From Galbibacter marinus (GTDB lineage: Bacteria > Bacteroidota > Bacteroidia > Flavobacteriales > Flavobacteriaceae), in contig NZ_AMSG01000002.1 of the NCBI RefSeq assembly GCF_000300875.1, positions 117,842-149,841 on the forward strand: a DNA stretch of 32,000 bases, in the 5' to 3' direction. Below are positions 17,438 through 25,808 of this stretch, piece after piece. The notes under the pieces were generated by a model that saw only the letters and a list, made by a program, of their open reading frames with translations, was not told the DNA's origin and did not search any database. Both the position numbers and the translations under genes were made by a program. Each line of letters opens with the position of its first letter. The first letter of the stretch is position 1.

Positions 17438-18204
17438 CTCTTGGCCTTTAATTCTAACGCGCGTTGCTCACGAAAACGCTCATAAACTCCTAAGGCATTT
17501 AGGTAACTAATAATTACTCCTTTTTTGCCGTCTAATATTCCCATTCGCAACAAATAGTGATTGAAAAACTTCCAAGCGGGTCTTAGATACTGCTTAAAAA
17601 TGGACCATTTTTTTCCTTTTAAATGTGCTTGTTTAGCTTTTAATTGGCCGTAACGTATCATTTTACCTTTGTAGTCTTGATAGTTTTTATAGGAGTAGTG
17701 CAGGAGCTTTTCTTTTAATTTACCCTCGCTGCCGTTCACCTGTAAAGTCTCGTGTACGATTCGATCGTTTACAAACTCGCAGCGACTCTTTCGAAAAAGG
17801 CGATACACCTTATCTGTCTGCCATCCGCTAAAATACAGGCGCTGGTTTTTAAACATAAAACTGCGGTAATTCCAATAAGCATCAAAACTGTTGGGATCAT
17901 TAATGGTCTGGATTATTTCTTTTTGAAGCTCTGGAGTAACTCGCTCATCAGCATCAAAAAAATATATCCAGTCATTTGTTGCCTGAGATAATGCATAAGA
18001 TTTTTGTTTGGTAAAGTTTTCAAAAGCATGTTGTTGGGCTTTAACCTCTGGTCTACTTTGTAAGTATTCCCATGTGCCATCGTTGCTATAGGAGTCAACA
18101 ACTATGATTTCGTGTGCAAAAATTACGCTGTCTATGCATTCCTCAATATACTCAATCTCATTATAGGTAATAATTACCACGGATAATTTAGTGCTTGTGC
18201 TCAA
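17434..18204 (-). CDS. Glycosyltransferase family 2 (WaaE/KdtX-like), start uncertain
   Basis: LSVVIITYNE, VVDSYSNDG and FDADE motifs, and a C-terminal FFNHYLLRMGILDGKKG motif. No ATG start exists: candidates are TTG 18243, 18222 and 18204, and GTG 18180. I prefer 18204 because 18220-18277 carries a -7 box and the dapD terminator. Confidence 0.8.
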   Translation of the reverse strand: MSTSTKLSVVIITYNEIEYIEECIDSVIFAHEIIVVDSYSNDGTWEYLQSRPEVKAQQHAFENFTKQKSYALSQATNDWIYFFDADERVTPELQKEIIQTINDPNSFDAYWNYRSFMFKNQRLYFSGWQTDKVYRLFRKSRCEFVNDRIVHETLQVNGSEGKLKEKLLHYSYKNYQDYKGKMIRYGQLKAKQAHLKGKKWSIFKQYLRPAWKFFNHYLLRMGILDGKKGVIISYLNALGVYERFREQRALELKAKS

Positions 18205-18219
18205 CTTGGTGCTTTTTTG

Positions 18220-18227
18220 CAAATATA
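18220..18227 (-). promoter_or_regulatory. Candidate -7 box (TATATTTG) for the GT2 gene
   Basis: Exact TAnnTTTG on the minus strand, 16 nt upstream of TTG 18204 and immediately downstream of the dapD terminator. Confidence 0.3.
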
Positions 18228-18243
18228 TTGGGTAGTGAAGCAA

Positions 18244-18277
18244 TAAAAAAATAAAACCTAGCCAAATGCTAGGTTTT
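18244..18277 (-). terminator. Rho-independent terminator of dapD
   Basis: Perfect 10-bp inverted repeat AAAACCTAGC / GCTAGGTTTT with a 5-nt loop, followed on the minus strand by ATTTTTTTA. Confidence 0.7.
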
Positions 18278-18302
18278 AAGTAATATCAATTAAGATGGTA
18301 GG

Positions 18303-19118
18303 CTATACGGCTACGTTGTATTCTCTTAAAGCATCGTTTAAAGAGGTCTTTTTGTTGGTGCTCTCTTTTCGACGGCCAATAATCAGTGCACATGGAACCT
18401 GATATTCTCCTGCTGGAAATTTTTTGGTATAACTTCCTGGAATTACCACTGAACGAGCTGGTACTAGACCTTTCATCTCAACAGGCTTTTCTGAGGTGAC
18501 ATCTATAATTTTAGTAGATGCAGTCAAAACAACATTGGCTCCTAATACTGCTTCTTTTTCAACTCTAACACCTTCTACCACGATACTTCTAGACCCTAAA
18601 AAGGCATTGTCCTCAATAATTACTGGTGCTGCTTGTAATGGTTCAAGAACTCCTCCAATACCAACGCCACCACTAAGGTGAACGTTCTTTCCAATTTGAG
18701 CACAACTACCTACTGTTGCCCAAGTATCAACCATGGTACCTTCATCCACATAAGCTCCAATATTTACGTAACTTGGCATTAGGATGGTGCCAGGTGAAAT
18801 ATAGGCTCCGTGTCTAGCCACAGCATGTGGAACCACGCGAATACCTTTTTCTGCATAGTTTCTCTTTAAGGGAATTTTATCGTGGAACTCTAGTGGACCA
18901 GCTTCTATAGTTTCCATTTTTTGTATTGGGAAATACAAAACCACAGCTTTTTTCACCCATTCATTGACTTGCCAGTCCCCTTCAGAAGGTTGTGCTACTC
19001 GAAGATTTCCTTTGTCTAATAAATCAACGACCTCTCTAATAGTTTCTTGAGTATCGTTATTCTTTAACAGCTCCCTGTCTTCCCAGGCTGCTTCAATGAT
19101 TGTACGTAGTGCATTCAT
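18303..19118 (-). CDS. dapD: 2,3,4,5-tetrahydropyridine-2,6-dicarboxylate N-succinyltransferase
   Basis: Hexapeptide-repeat left-handed beta-helix region plus an N-terminus typical of the Bacteroidetes-type enzyme (MNALRTIIEAAWEDRELLK). The ATG at 19118 is preferred over TTG 19127. Confidence 0.9.
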   Translation of the reverse strand: MNALRTIIEAAWEDRELLKNNDTQETIREVVDLLDKGNLRVAQPSEGDWQVNEWVKKAVVLYFPIQKMETIEAGPLEFHDKIPLKRNYAEKGIRVVPHAVARHGAYISPGTILMPSYVNIGAYVDEGTMVDTWATVGSCAQIGKNVHLSGGVGIGGVLEPLQAAPVIIEDNAFLGSRSIVVEGVRVEKEAVLGANVVLTASTKIIDVTSEKPVEMKGLVPARSVVIPGSYTKKFPAGEYQVPCALIIGRRKESTNKKTSLNDALREYNVAV

Positions 19119-19376
19119 AAATATCAAATTTTGTTACAAATATAAGCTTGTTGTTTGTAATTTTAAAAGGATTTGACAGCTGTAACATTTATAGCTGTAT
19201 TGTTTACAAAAACATATTTCGTTATATTAATTGTTTTGGAGATCGTTTTAAAATCTTACTATTGCCGTGCTGTAAGTTTCTAGTAATAAGCAAGGTTGGC
19301 AGGACTAAGTGATGAATTGTGAATAACTTCATGGATAAGTTCTTGTTTTGTAAAATCCAAGACCTGATTTTCGACG

Positions 19377-19384
19377 TATTTTTG
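19377..19384 (+). promoter_or_regulatory. Candidate -7 box (TATTTTTG) upstream of ruvX
   Basis: Exact TAnnTTTG ending 18 nt before the ruvX ATG. Confidence 0.3.
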
Positions 19385-19401
19385 TTGTAAAGCATTTTAT
19401 A

Positions 19402-19812
19402 ATGGCAAGGATACTGGCAATTGATTTTGGAGAAAAAAGAACGGGAATCGCCGTAACCGATCCTTTACAAATAATTGCATCTGGGCTTACCACGGTAAGT
19501 ACCACGGAATTATTGGAATATTTAAGGGATTATGTGTCAAAAGAAGAAGTGGAGCTTATTGTCATAGGGCAGCCTAGACGAATGAATAACGAGTTTTCTG
19601 AGGTGGAACAAAAGATTCAACATTTTATAAATATTTTGAATAAAGAACTTCCACAGATTGCCGTTACTAGGGTTGATGAACGATTTACCTCTAAGATTGC
19701 ATTTCAAAGTATGTTGGATGGTGGGGTGAAGAAGAAGGATAGGCGGAAAAAAGAACTTTTGGACAAAGTGAGTGCAACAGTGATATTACAATCGTATTTG
19801 TACAATCGTTAA
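19402..19812 (+). CDS. ruvX: Holliday junction resolvase-like nuclease RuvX (YqgF family)
   Basis: MARILAIDFGEKRTGIAVTD N-terminus and DERFTS motif, 136 aa. Confidence 0.9.
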   Translation: MARILAIDFGEKRTGIAVTDPLQIIASGLTTVSTTELLEYLRDYVSKEEVELIVIGQPRRMNNEFSEVEQKIQHFINILNKELPQIAVTRVDERFTSKIAFQSMLDGGVKKKDRRKKELLDKVSATVILQSYLYNR

Positions 19813-19980
19813 ATTATAAGCGGTTGATGCTTAAAACGTTAAATTCAACCAAAAAAAGCTACATCTTAAAGATATAGTGGAAACAAAAAGGATTTTTTAT
19901 TAAATTTGTTAGTATACCTCCCCCCAAGCTTTATTAATGTAGTTTTAAATTAAGTCTAACCCAAAAACAAAGTGAATGAG

Positions 19981-20388
19981 ATGAGAATTACCCTACTTGT
20001 ATTTTTAATTATTCAATTGGCCTTTCCTGCTAATGCAGGAGAAGAGGTCGAGACTGTGCCCCAAGCAATAGCCCATGAAGCTTCTGATTTCAACACCTCA
20101 ACTCCAATGAATCTGGATTTAATGTTGGCATTTTACGCCTCTTCAGTGGAGAATTCATTAAAGATATTTCCAAACCCCGTAAAACGTAAGGATATGCTGC
20201 ATATCACAACCACTGATACCGGTTCAAAGAAACTTTCTTTTTACGATATTACGGGAAAGGTGGTGAAGATTCTAGAGACTAATAGGACTGCTTTTGCCTT
20301 TAGTGTATCGGATTTGGATAGTGGAGTTTATATTTTAAACATTTCCACCCCTAATTATCAAGCTGCAAAAAAGGTAATAGTTCAGTAA
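19981..20388 (+). CDS. Small T9SS type A sorting-domain (Por C-terminal domain) protein
   Basis: Signal peptide MRITLLVFLIIQLAFPANA, then a C-terminal ~78 aa (LKIFPNPVKRKDMLHI...LSFYDITGKVVKILE...GVYILNI...AKKVIVQ) typical of the T9SS CTD. The ORF track starts at GTG 19972. Confidence 0.8.
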   Translation: MRITLLVFLIIQLAFPANAGEEVETVPQAIAHEASDFNTSTPMNLDLMLAFYASSVENSLKIFPNPVKRKDMLHITTTDTGSKKLSFYDITGKVVKILETNRTAFAFSVSDLDSGVYILNISTPNYQAAKKVIVQ

Positions 20389-20497
20389 CAAAGGCAACTC
20401 CATAAAATCATAGCTTTTTGCGATCCAAAGTGTAGAAATAGGTAAGGGTTTAACGTTTCTTTTGATCCTTTGCGCTTTATTTTTAGTATTTACTTTG

Positions 20498-20505
20498 TAT
20501 TTTTG
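20498..20505 (+). promoter_or_regulatory. Candidate -7 box (TATTTTTG) upstream of def
   Basis: Exact TAnnTTTG ending 25 nt before the def ATG, with a TTTG at 20469-20472 as a possible -33 element. Confidence 0.3.
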
Positions 20506-20529
20506 CACTCTTAATCGAAAAGGATTATT

Positions 20530-21120
20530 ATGATATTACCGATTACTGCCTATGGCGATCCTGTTCTTAGAAGGGTTGGCAAAGACATTTCGAAGGATTA
20601 TCCAAATTTGGATAATCTGATTGAAAATATGTTTGAAACCATGTACAATGCCTATGGAGTTGGTCTGGCCGCTCCCCAGATAGGACTACCTATACGCCTT
20701 TTTGTAATAGATACGAGTCCCTTTGCTGAGGACGAAGATCTATCAGAGCAACAGCGAGAGTTTTTAGCAGGCCTTAAAAAGGTTTTTATCAATCCTAAGA
20801 TCGTTCAGCAGACAGGTGAGCCGTGGGTTTTCAATGAAGGGTGTTTGAGTATACCAGATGTTAGAGAGGATGTTTCTCGCTGTGAGCGCATTAAAATTGA
20901 ATACCTTGACTCTGAGTTTAATAAGGTTATTGAAGAGTATGATGGTCTTGCAGCCCGAGTGATTCAGCATGAATACGATCATATAGAAGGTATATTGTTT
21001 ACAGACAAATTGTCCAGTCTTAAAAAGAGGCTACTAAAAGGGAAATTAGGTAGCATTTCTAAAGGAAAAATAAATGTTGACTACAGAATGAAATTTCCTG
21101 ATGCTAAAAAAGGGAGATAA
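20530..21120 (+). CDS. def: Peptide deformylase
   Basis: GVGLAAPQ, EGCLSIP and HEYDH metal-binding motifs. Confidence 0.95.
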   Translation: MILPITAYGDPVLRRVGKDISKDYPNLDNLIENMFETMYNAYGVGLAAPQIGLPIRLFVIDTSPFAEDEDLSEQQREFLAGLKKVFINPKIVQQTGEPWVFNEGCLSIPDVREDVSRCERIKIEYLDSEFNKVIEEYDGLAARVIQHEYDHIEGILFTDKLSSLKKRLLKGKLGSISKGKINVDYRMKFPDAKKGR

Positions 21121-21180
21121 TCATTTTGTTTATTTGCACAAAGCACAGATATTTGCGCACTCAAAAATTAATAGTGATAT

Positions 21181-21630
21181 ATGGGTTTAGAAAAAATATT
21201 ATCGATTTCCGGGAAACCAGGGCTATATGAACTAAAGGCACAAACACGTAGTGGATTTGTTGCGGAATCTTTAATTGATGGAAAGAAGCTAAGTGTAGGG
21301 CTTAAAAACAATGTGAGTCTACTTTCTGAGATAGCTATTTACACCTTGGAAGAAGAAGTTCCTTTGAAAGAGGTCTTTAATAAGATTAAAGAAAAAGAAA
21401 ATGGCGGTAAAACAGAGATTAGCCATAAGGATCCAAAAATTAAATTGGAAGAATATTTTTTCGAAGTTCTACCTGATTATGATGAGGACCGTGTGTATGC
21501 AAGTGATATCAAAAAAATAATTCAATGGTATAACCTTTTACACGACAAAGGAATCACTGATTTTGATACCCAAGAGCAGGAAGAATCTGATGTAAAACAG
21601 GAAGATCAAAATGAGAAATCGGCCGAGTAA
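21181..21630 (+). CDS. Conserved Bacteroidetes hypothetical protein (DUF5606-like) with an acidic C-terminus
   Basis: The N-terminus LEKILSISGKPGLYELKAQTRSGFVAESL resembles DUF5606 proteins as I recall them. Lies downstream of def. Confidence 0.55.
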   Translation: MGLEKILSISGKPGLYELKAQTRSGFVAESLIDGKKLSVGLKNNVSLLSEIAIYTLEEEVPLKEVFNKIKEKENGGKTEISHKDPKIKLEEYFFEVLPDYDEDRVYASDIKKIIQWYNLLHDKGITDFDTQEQEESDVKQEDQNEKSAE

Positions 21631-21659
21631 AGTATTATTTACATTTTAATATAATATTT

Positions 21660-21701
21660 AGAGCTGTCATACTTTTTAGTACGATGGCTCTTTTTCTTTT
21701 T
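21660..21701 (+). terminator. Probable rho-independent terminator
   Basis: Stem AGAGCTGTCATAC / GTACGATGGCTCT (13 positions: one mismatch, two G-U pairs), 6-nt loop, followed by TTTTCTTTTT. Confidence 0.5.
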
Positions 21702-21754
21702 AAAAAGACTGTAAATTGCAATCTTTTGCATGATTAATTCTTAAGTATAGAACA

Positions 21755-22531
21755 ATGAGTAATTCCAGAGAAGACCAACTTGAAGCCTTTGATAGACTTT
21801 TAACTATTATGGATGAGTTAAGGGAGCAATGTCCATGGGATAGGAAACAAACGATGCAATCCTTAAGACATCTAACAATCGAGGAGACTTATGAATTAGG
21901 AGATGCTATTTTGGATAATGATTTAGTTGAGATCAAGAAAGAGTTAGGAGATGTATTATTACATATTGTTTTCTATGCAAAAATAGCTAGTGAGACAAAT
22001 GATTTTGATATGGCAGATGTCGCTAATGAAATCTGTGAGAAATTAATTAGCCGACATCCACATATTTATGGTGATGTAAAGGTAGAGAATGAAGAGGATG
22101 TGAAGCGTAACTGGGAAAGTCTAAAGCTTAAGGAAGGAAATAAAAGTGTTTTATCAGGTGTTCCCAAAAGTTTACCTGCATTAGTAAAGGCTAATCGAAT
22201 ACAGGATAAGGTAGCTGGTGTTGGCTTTGATTGGGAAGAGCCTAAACAGGTGTTTGAGAAGGTGAAAGAAGAATTGGCAGAATTGCAATTTGAAGTTGAG
22301 AAAGGGGATAAGGATACTATGGAATCTGAGTTTGGTGATGTACTATTTTCTATGATTAATTATGCACGGTTTCTAAAAATCAACCCAGAAAATGCTTTAG
22401 AGAGAACCAATAAGAAATTTATTAAACGATTCCAGTATCTAGAACAACAAGCCAAAGCTTTGGATAAATCGATCTCCGATATGACCCTAGCTGAAATGGA
22501 TGTTTATTGGGAAGAGGCGAAGAGGCTCTAA
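21755..22531 (+). CDS. mazG: Nucleoside triphosphate pyrophosphohydrolase MazG
   Basis: Tandem MazG domains (EETYELGDAI ... ELGDVLLHIVFYA; EELAEL ... EFGDVLFSMINYARF). Confidence 0.9.
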   Translation: MSNSREDQLEAFDRLLTIMDELREQCPWDRKQTMQSLRHLTIEETYELGDAILDNDLVEIKKELGDVLLHIVFYAKIASETNDFDMADVANEICEKLISRHPHIYGDVKVENEEDVKRNWESLKLKEGNKSVLSGVPKSLPALVKANRIQDKVAGVGFDWEEPKQVFEKVKEELAELQFEVEKGDKDTMESEFGDVLFSMINYARFLKINPENALERTNKKFIKRFQYLEQQAKALDKSISDMTLAEMDVYWEEAKRL

Positions 22532-22633
22532 ATTTATTTCTAGATAAGCATTGAGTTTTGATACTAATAATCTTTTGCAATTTTTTAACTTTTGATACCT
22601 CCGTAGTCATTAGGTCATCGTTTGCGTAAGATG

Positions 22634-22641
22634 TATCTTTG
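22634..22641 (+). promoter_or_regulatory. Candidate -7 box (TATCTTTG) upstream of the MATE gene
   Basis: Exact TAnnTTTG ending 19 nt before the ATG at 22660. Confidence 0.3.
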
Positions 22642-22659
22642 CCGTCTTAAAATTTTGGG

Positions 22660-24036
22660 ATGGTTTTAGCGCAGTACACAAAAGAATTTTCTTATAATTT
22701 AAAACTAGCTTTTCCAGTTATACTTGGGATGTTAGGACATACCTTTGTCGCCTTTGCTGATAATATAATGGTGGGGCAACTGGGAACCACGGAGCTAGCG
22801 GCTGTATCGCTGGGCAATAGTTTCATTTTTGTAGCTATGTCTTTAGGAATAGGGTTTTCTACTGCTATCACCCCACTAGTTGCTGAGGCAGACGGTGCTC
22901 GAGATATTGAAGGTGGGCGCTCCTCCTTTAAGCACGGGCTGTTGTTGTGTACACTTATCGGTCTTGTTTTATTTGGTTTGCTCTTAGTTGCCAAACCTCT
23001 TATGTATTCCATGGATCAACCTGTTGAGGTAGTAGATTTGGCCATGCCTTATTTGGATCTGGTGGCTTTGTCTTTGGTGCCTCTAGTGATCTTTCAGGCT
23101 ATGAAGCAATTTTCTGATGGTCTATCACAAACCAAATATCCAATGTATGCCACTGTGGTAGCCAATGTTATAAATATTAGCCTTAATTACCTTTTGATCT
23201 ACGGTAAGTTTGGATTTCCAGAATTGGGTATCATAGGTGCCGCCATAGGAACATTGGTGTCTCGTTTTGTGATGGTTGCATACCTATGGTTCTTATTCAT
23301 GAAAAATGATAAGATTAAACCATATTTAGTAAATTTTAAATGGCGAACCATTGAGAGGACGATGTTAAAAAAGGTGGCTAATTTAGGACTTCCCTCTGCA
23401 TTACAAATGTTTTTCGAGGTGGGTATTTTCACCTCAGCAGTATGGCTTAGCGGTGTTCTTGGAACCAATCCTCAGGCTGCCAATCAAATTGCACTTAACT
23501 TATCTAGTATGACCTATATGGTCGGAGTTGGATTAAGTGTAGCGGCTATGATAAGGGTAGGCAACCAGAAGGGACTCAAGGATTATAAGGAGCTTCGTAG
23601 AATTGCGATCTCGGTGTTCTGTCTTACTTTTTTAATTGAAGTGGTGTTTGCCTTATGTTTTATTGTTTTTAGGCATTGGCTACCCACGGTCTATCTGGAT
23701 CAAAATGATTTAGTAAATCTTGCTGATAATAATCAAGTGATAATAATTGCTTCTCAATTATTATTAGTAGCTGCCTTTTTTCAAATATCTGACGGTTTAC
23801 AAATTGCTTTTTTAGGGGCTCTAAGAGGACTCCAAGATGTGAAGGTGCCCACTGCTATAACCTTCGTGGCTTATTGGTTAGTAGGATTTCCGATTTCTTA
23901 CTTTTTAGGACTAAAAACGGACCTTGGTAATATGGGAATTTGGATAGGTTTATTATCGGGACTCACCATTGCCGCAATATTTTTGTATTTTAGATTTAAT
24001 TATTTATCTCGAAAACTCATATTGACCAATCCATAG
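22660..24036 (+). CDS. MATE family efflux transporter
   Basis: 458 aa, 12-TM profile, and an N-terminal region (LAFPVILGMLGHTFVAFADNIMVGQLG) typical of NorM-like MATE proteins. Confidence 0.9.
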   Translation: MVLAQYTKEFSYNLKLAFPVILGMLGHTFVAFADNIMVGQLGTTELAAVSLGNSFIFVAMSLGIGFSTAITPLVAEADGARDIEGGRSSFKHGLLLCTLIGLVLFGLLLVAKPLMYSMDQPVEVVDLAMPYLDLVALSLVPLVIFQAMKQFSDGLSQTKYPMYATVVANVINISLNYLLIYGKFGFPELGIIGAAIGTLVSRFVMVAYLWFLFMKNDKIKPYLVNFKWRTIERTMLKKVANLGLPSALQMFFEVGIFTSAVWLSGVLGTNPQAANQIALNLSSMTYMVGVGLSVAAMIRVGNQKGLKDYKELRRIAISVFCLTFLIEVVFALCFIVFRHWLPTVYLDQNDLVNLADNNQVIIIASQLLLVAAFFQISDGLQIAFLGALRGLQDVKVPTAITFVAYWLVGFPISYFLGLKTDLGNMGIWIGLLSGLTIAAIFLYFRFNYLSRKLILTNP

Positions 24037-24077
24037 GTAAGTACTTTGGATCGCAATTGTTTAAATTAAACTATAAA

Positions 24078-24308
24078 ATGGAACTACCTAAGTTTTTGTT
24101 GGGTGATAATACGGACTATCCAACGGCTATATTTATCATACATACCGATTATCCGAGGTTCATTATAAACCTTGAAGACGACCAAGTGGAGTGGCTAGAG
24201 GATTTCTCAGCAGAGGATGAAAAAGAGTTGTCCTCCGAGGCTGAAAATTTAATTCAAGCCGCCAACGATTTTTATGATCGGGAAGTAAATCGCTATAACG
24301 AATCCTAG
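24078..24308 (+). CDS. Small acidic hypothetical protein
   Basis: 76 codons from the ATG at 24078 (the ORF track starts at TTG 24057). Lies 4 nt upstream of the PAP2 gene. No family recognised. Confidence 0.5.
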   Translation: MELPKFLLGDNTDYPTAIFIIHTDYPRFIINLEDDQVEWLEDFSAEDEKELSSEAENLIQAANDFYDREVNRYNES

Positions 24309-24312
24309 TTTT

Positions 24313-24882
24313 ATGGAGACATTAATTAATCTTGATCAAGAATTATTTCTTTTTCTAAATGGCCTAGGGACTTCTTCTTGGGATGGATTTTGGATGTTTA
24401 TGACTAACAAATGGTCCTCTATTCCACTTTATGTTTTCTTATTGATTCTTTGTTTTATTAAATTAAAATGGAAAAAGACACTCTTAATATTAGTTTTAGT
24501 AGCCCTAATGGTTACGGTATCTGATCAGTTGTCTAATGTATTTAAATATGGCTTAGAGCGTTTGCGTCCATGCCACGACGGGTTAATCGAGAGTCAGATG
24601 CGGTTAGTAAAGTCCTATTGCGGGGGGGAATTTGGTTATTTTTCTGCTCATGCTTCCAACTCATTTGTAGTGGTAACCTTCTTTTCTTTGATTTTTAGAA
24701 GGATCTTTAATTGGTTGCCATTTCTTCTGATCATTTGGGGTATGACTGTAGCCTATAGTAGAATCTATATTGGGGTCCATTATCCACTTGATGTAATCAC
24801 TGGTATTACATTTGGTATGTTAATAGGCTTGGTGTTTTACACTCTTTACCAATGGATAACTAAACGATTTTCGTTAGTTTAA
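24313..24882 (+). CDS. PAP2 superfamily phosphatase (undecaprenyl-diphosphatase-like)
   Basis: The three PAP2 motifs are KYGLERLRP, SAHAS and SRIYIGVHYPLD, within a polytopic membrane protein. Confidence 0.85.
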   Translation: METLINLDQELFLFLNGLGTSSWDGFWMFMTNKWSSIPLYVFLLILCFIKLKWKKTLLILVLVALMVTVSDQLSNVFKYGLERLRPCHDGLIESQMRLVKSYCGGEFGYFSAHASNSFVVVTFFSLIFRRIFNWLPFLLIIWGMTVAYSRIYIGVHYPLDVITGITFGMLIGLVFYTLYQWITKRFSLV

Positions 24883-25592
24883 ACGGATTCTAGGGTGAGT
24901 CGGGCAAGATAATCGTAGTGATCTCCCTCTAGAATTAACTCACACTTAAATCCAGCTGCCTCGCTAAGAGTACATAGGCTATTGAAATCTAAATATAACC
25001 AAGTAGTAGATTGTGATTCCCCTTGATATTTTAGGGTGTAATCTAATTCCCCGTAATAATCATAAGGTGTGTTAACCCAATGTCCGCCATCTTCGTCTTG
25101 GTCAAACATATAGATAATATCTGAGGAATCAATTAAGATTTGCCCACTAGGATTTAATAGACTTTTTAATTTGTTTAGTTTCCCTGTGACTTGTTGATGT
25201 TTTTGAAAGATTCCACTTCCATTCATTAACATAAGAAGAGTGTCGAAAGCACCTTGTTGTAAAGTAAAGACATCGTTATTTATAACTTTTTTAATTCCCC
25301 TTAGGCGACAAGTTTCTATACTTCCTTTGGAGCTATCTAGGGCAGTAACATCCATCCCTCGGACCTCTTGAAGGTATAACGAATGACTGCCGCTACCAGC
25401 GCCAATATCTAGTACGGATCCCTTGCTTAGCTCTAAGGCTTTTTGCTCTATTGGTGGCATTTGATCATAGGTTCTAAAGAGGTATGACATGGGTAAAATG
25501 TCTTGCTCGGATATGGAAGTCTCTGTCAGTAGATCTTCTTTTGATAGCTTTGTAAAATAATTGTATAGGGCTTTGCCGAAAAGGTCTTTCAT
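24879..25592 (-). CDS. Class I SAM-dependent methyltransferase
   Basis: Motif I VLDIGAGSGSHS followed by a Rossmann-like layout. Substrate unknown. Confidence 0.8.
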   Translation of the reverse strand: MKDLFGKALYNYFTKLSKEDLLTETSISEQDILPMSYLFRTYDQMPPIEQKALELSKGSVLDIGAGSGSHSLYLQEVRGMDVTALDSSKGSIETCRLRGIKKVINNDVFTLQQGAFDTLLMLMNGSGIFQKHQQVTGKLNKLKSLLNPSGQILIDSSDIIYMFDQDEDGGHWVNTPYDYYGELDYTLKYQGESQSTTWLYLDFNSLCTLSEAAGFKCELILEGDHYDYLARLTLESV

Positions 25593-25808
25593 CGAAATGA
25601 AGTATGGTTTTAATGTTGTTCTATGATACTCGGGTGCTGTTTTGTACTTTTGTTTCTTAAATAAACCTATTGATCCACGGTCAAAAGCATAACTTTAAAG
25701 GATGATTTCTTTTGGCAAATATGGTGAACTTTTAGGTTTTATGGAAAGATTATTTACAAACTTAAAGGATCGCGGCTTTCCTGCCATTGTCGTATGGTAT
25801 AATGGCTA

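Noticed and set aside
22692-23468. Two minus-strand ORFs (106 and 89 codons) inside the MATE gene.
   Set aside because: They are antisense shadows of a 12-TM transporter gene.
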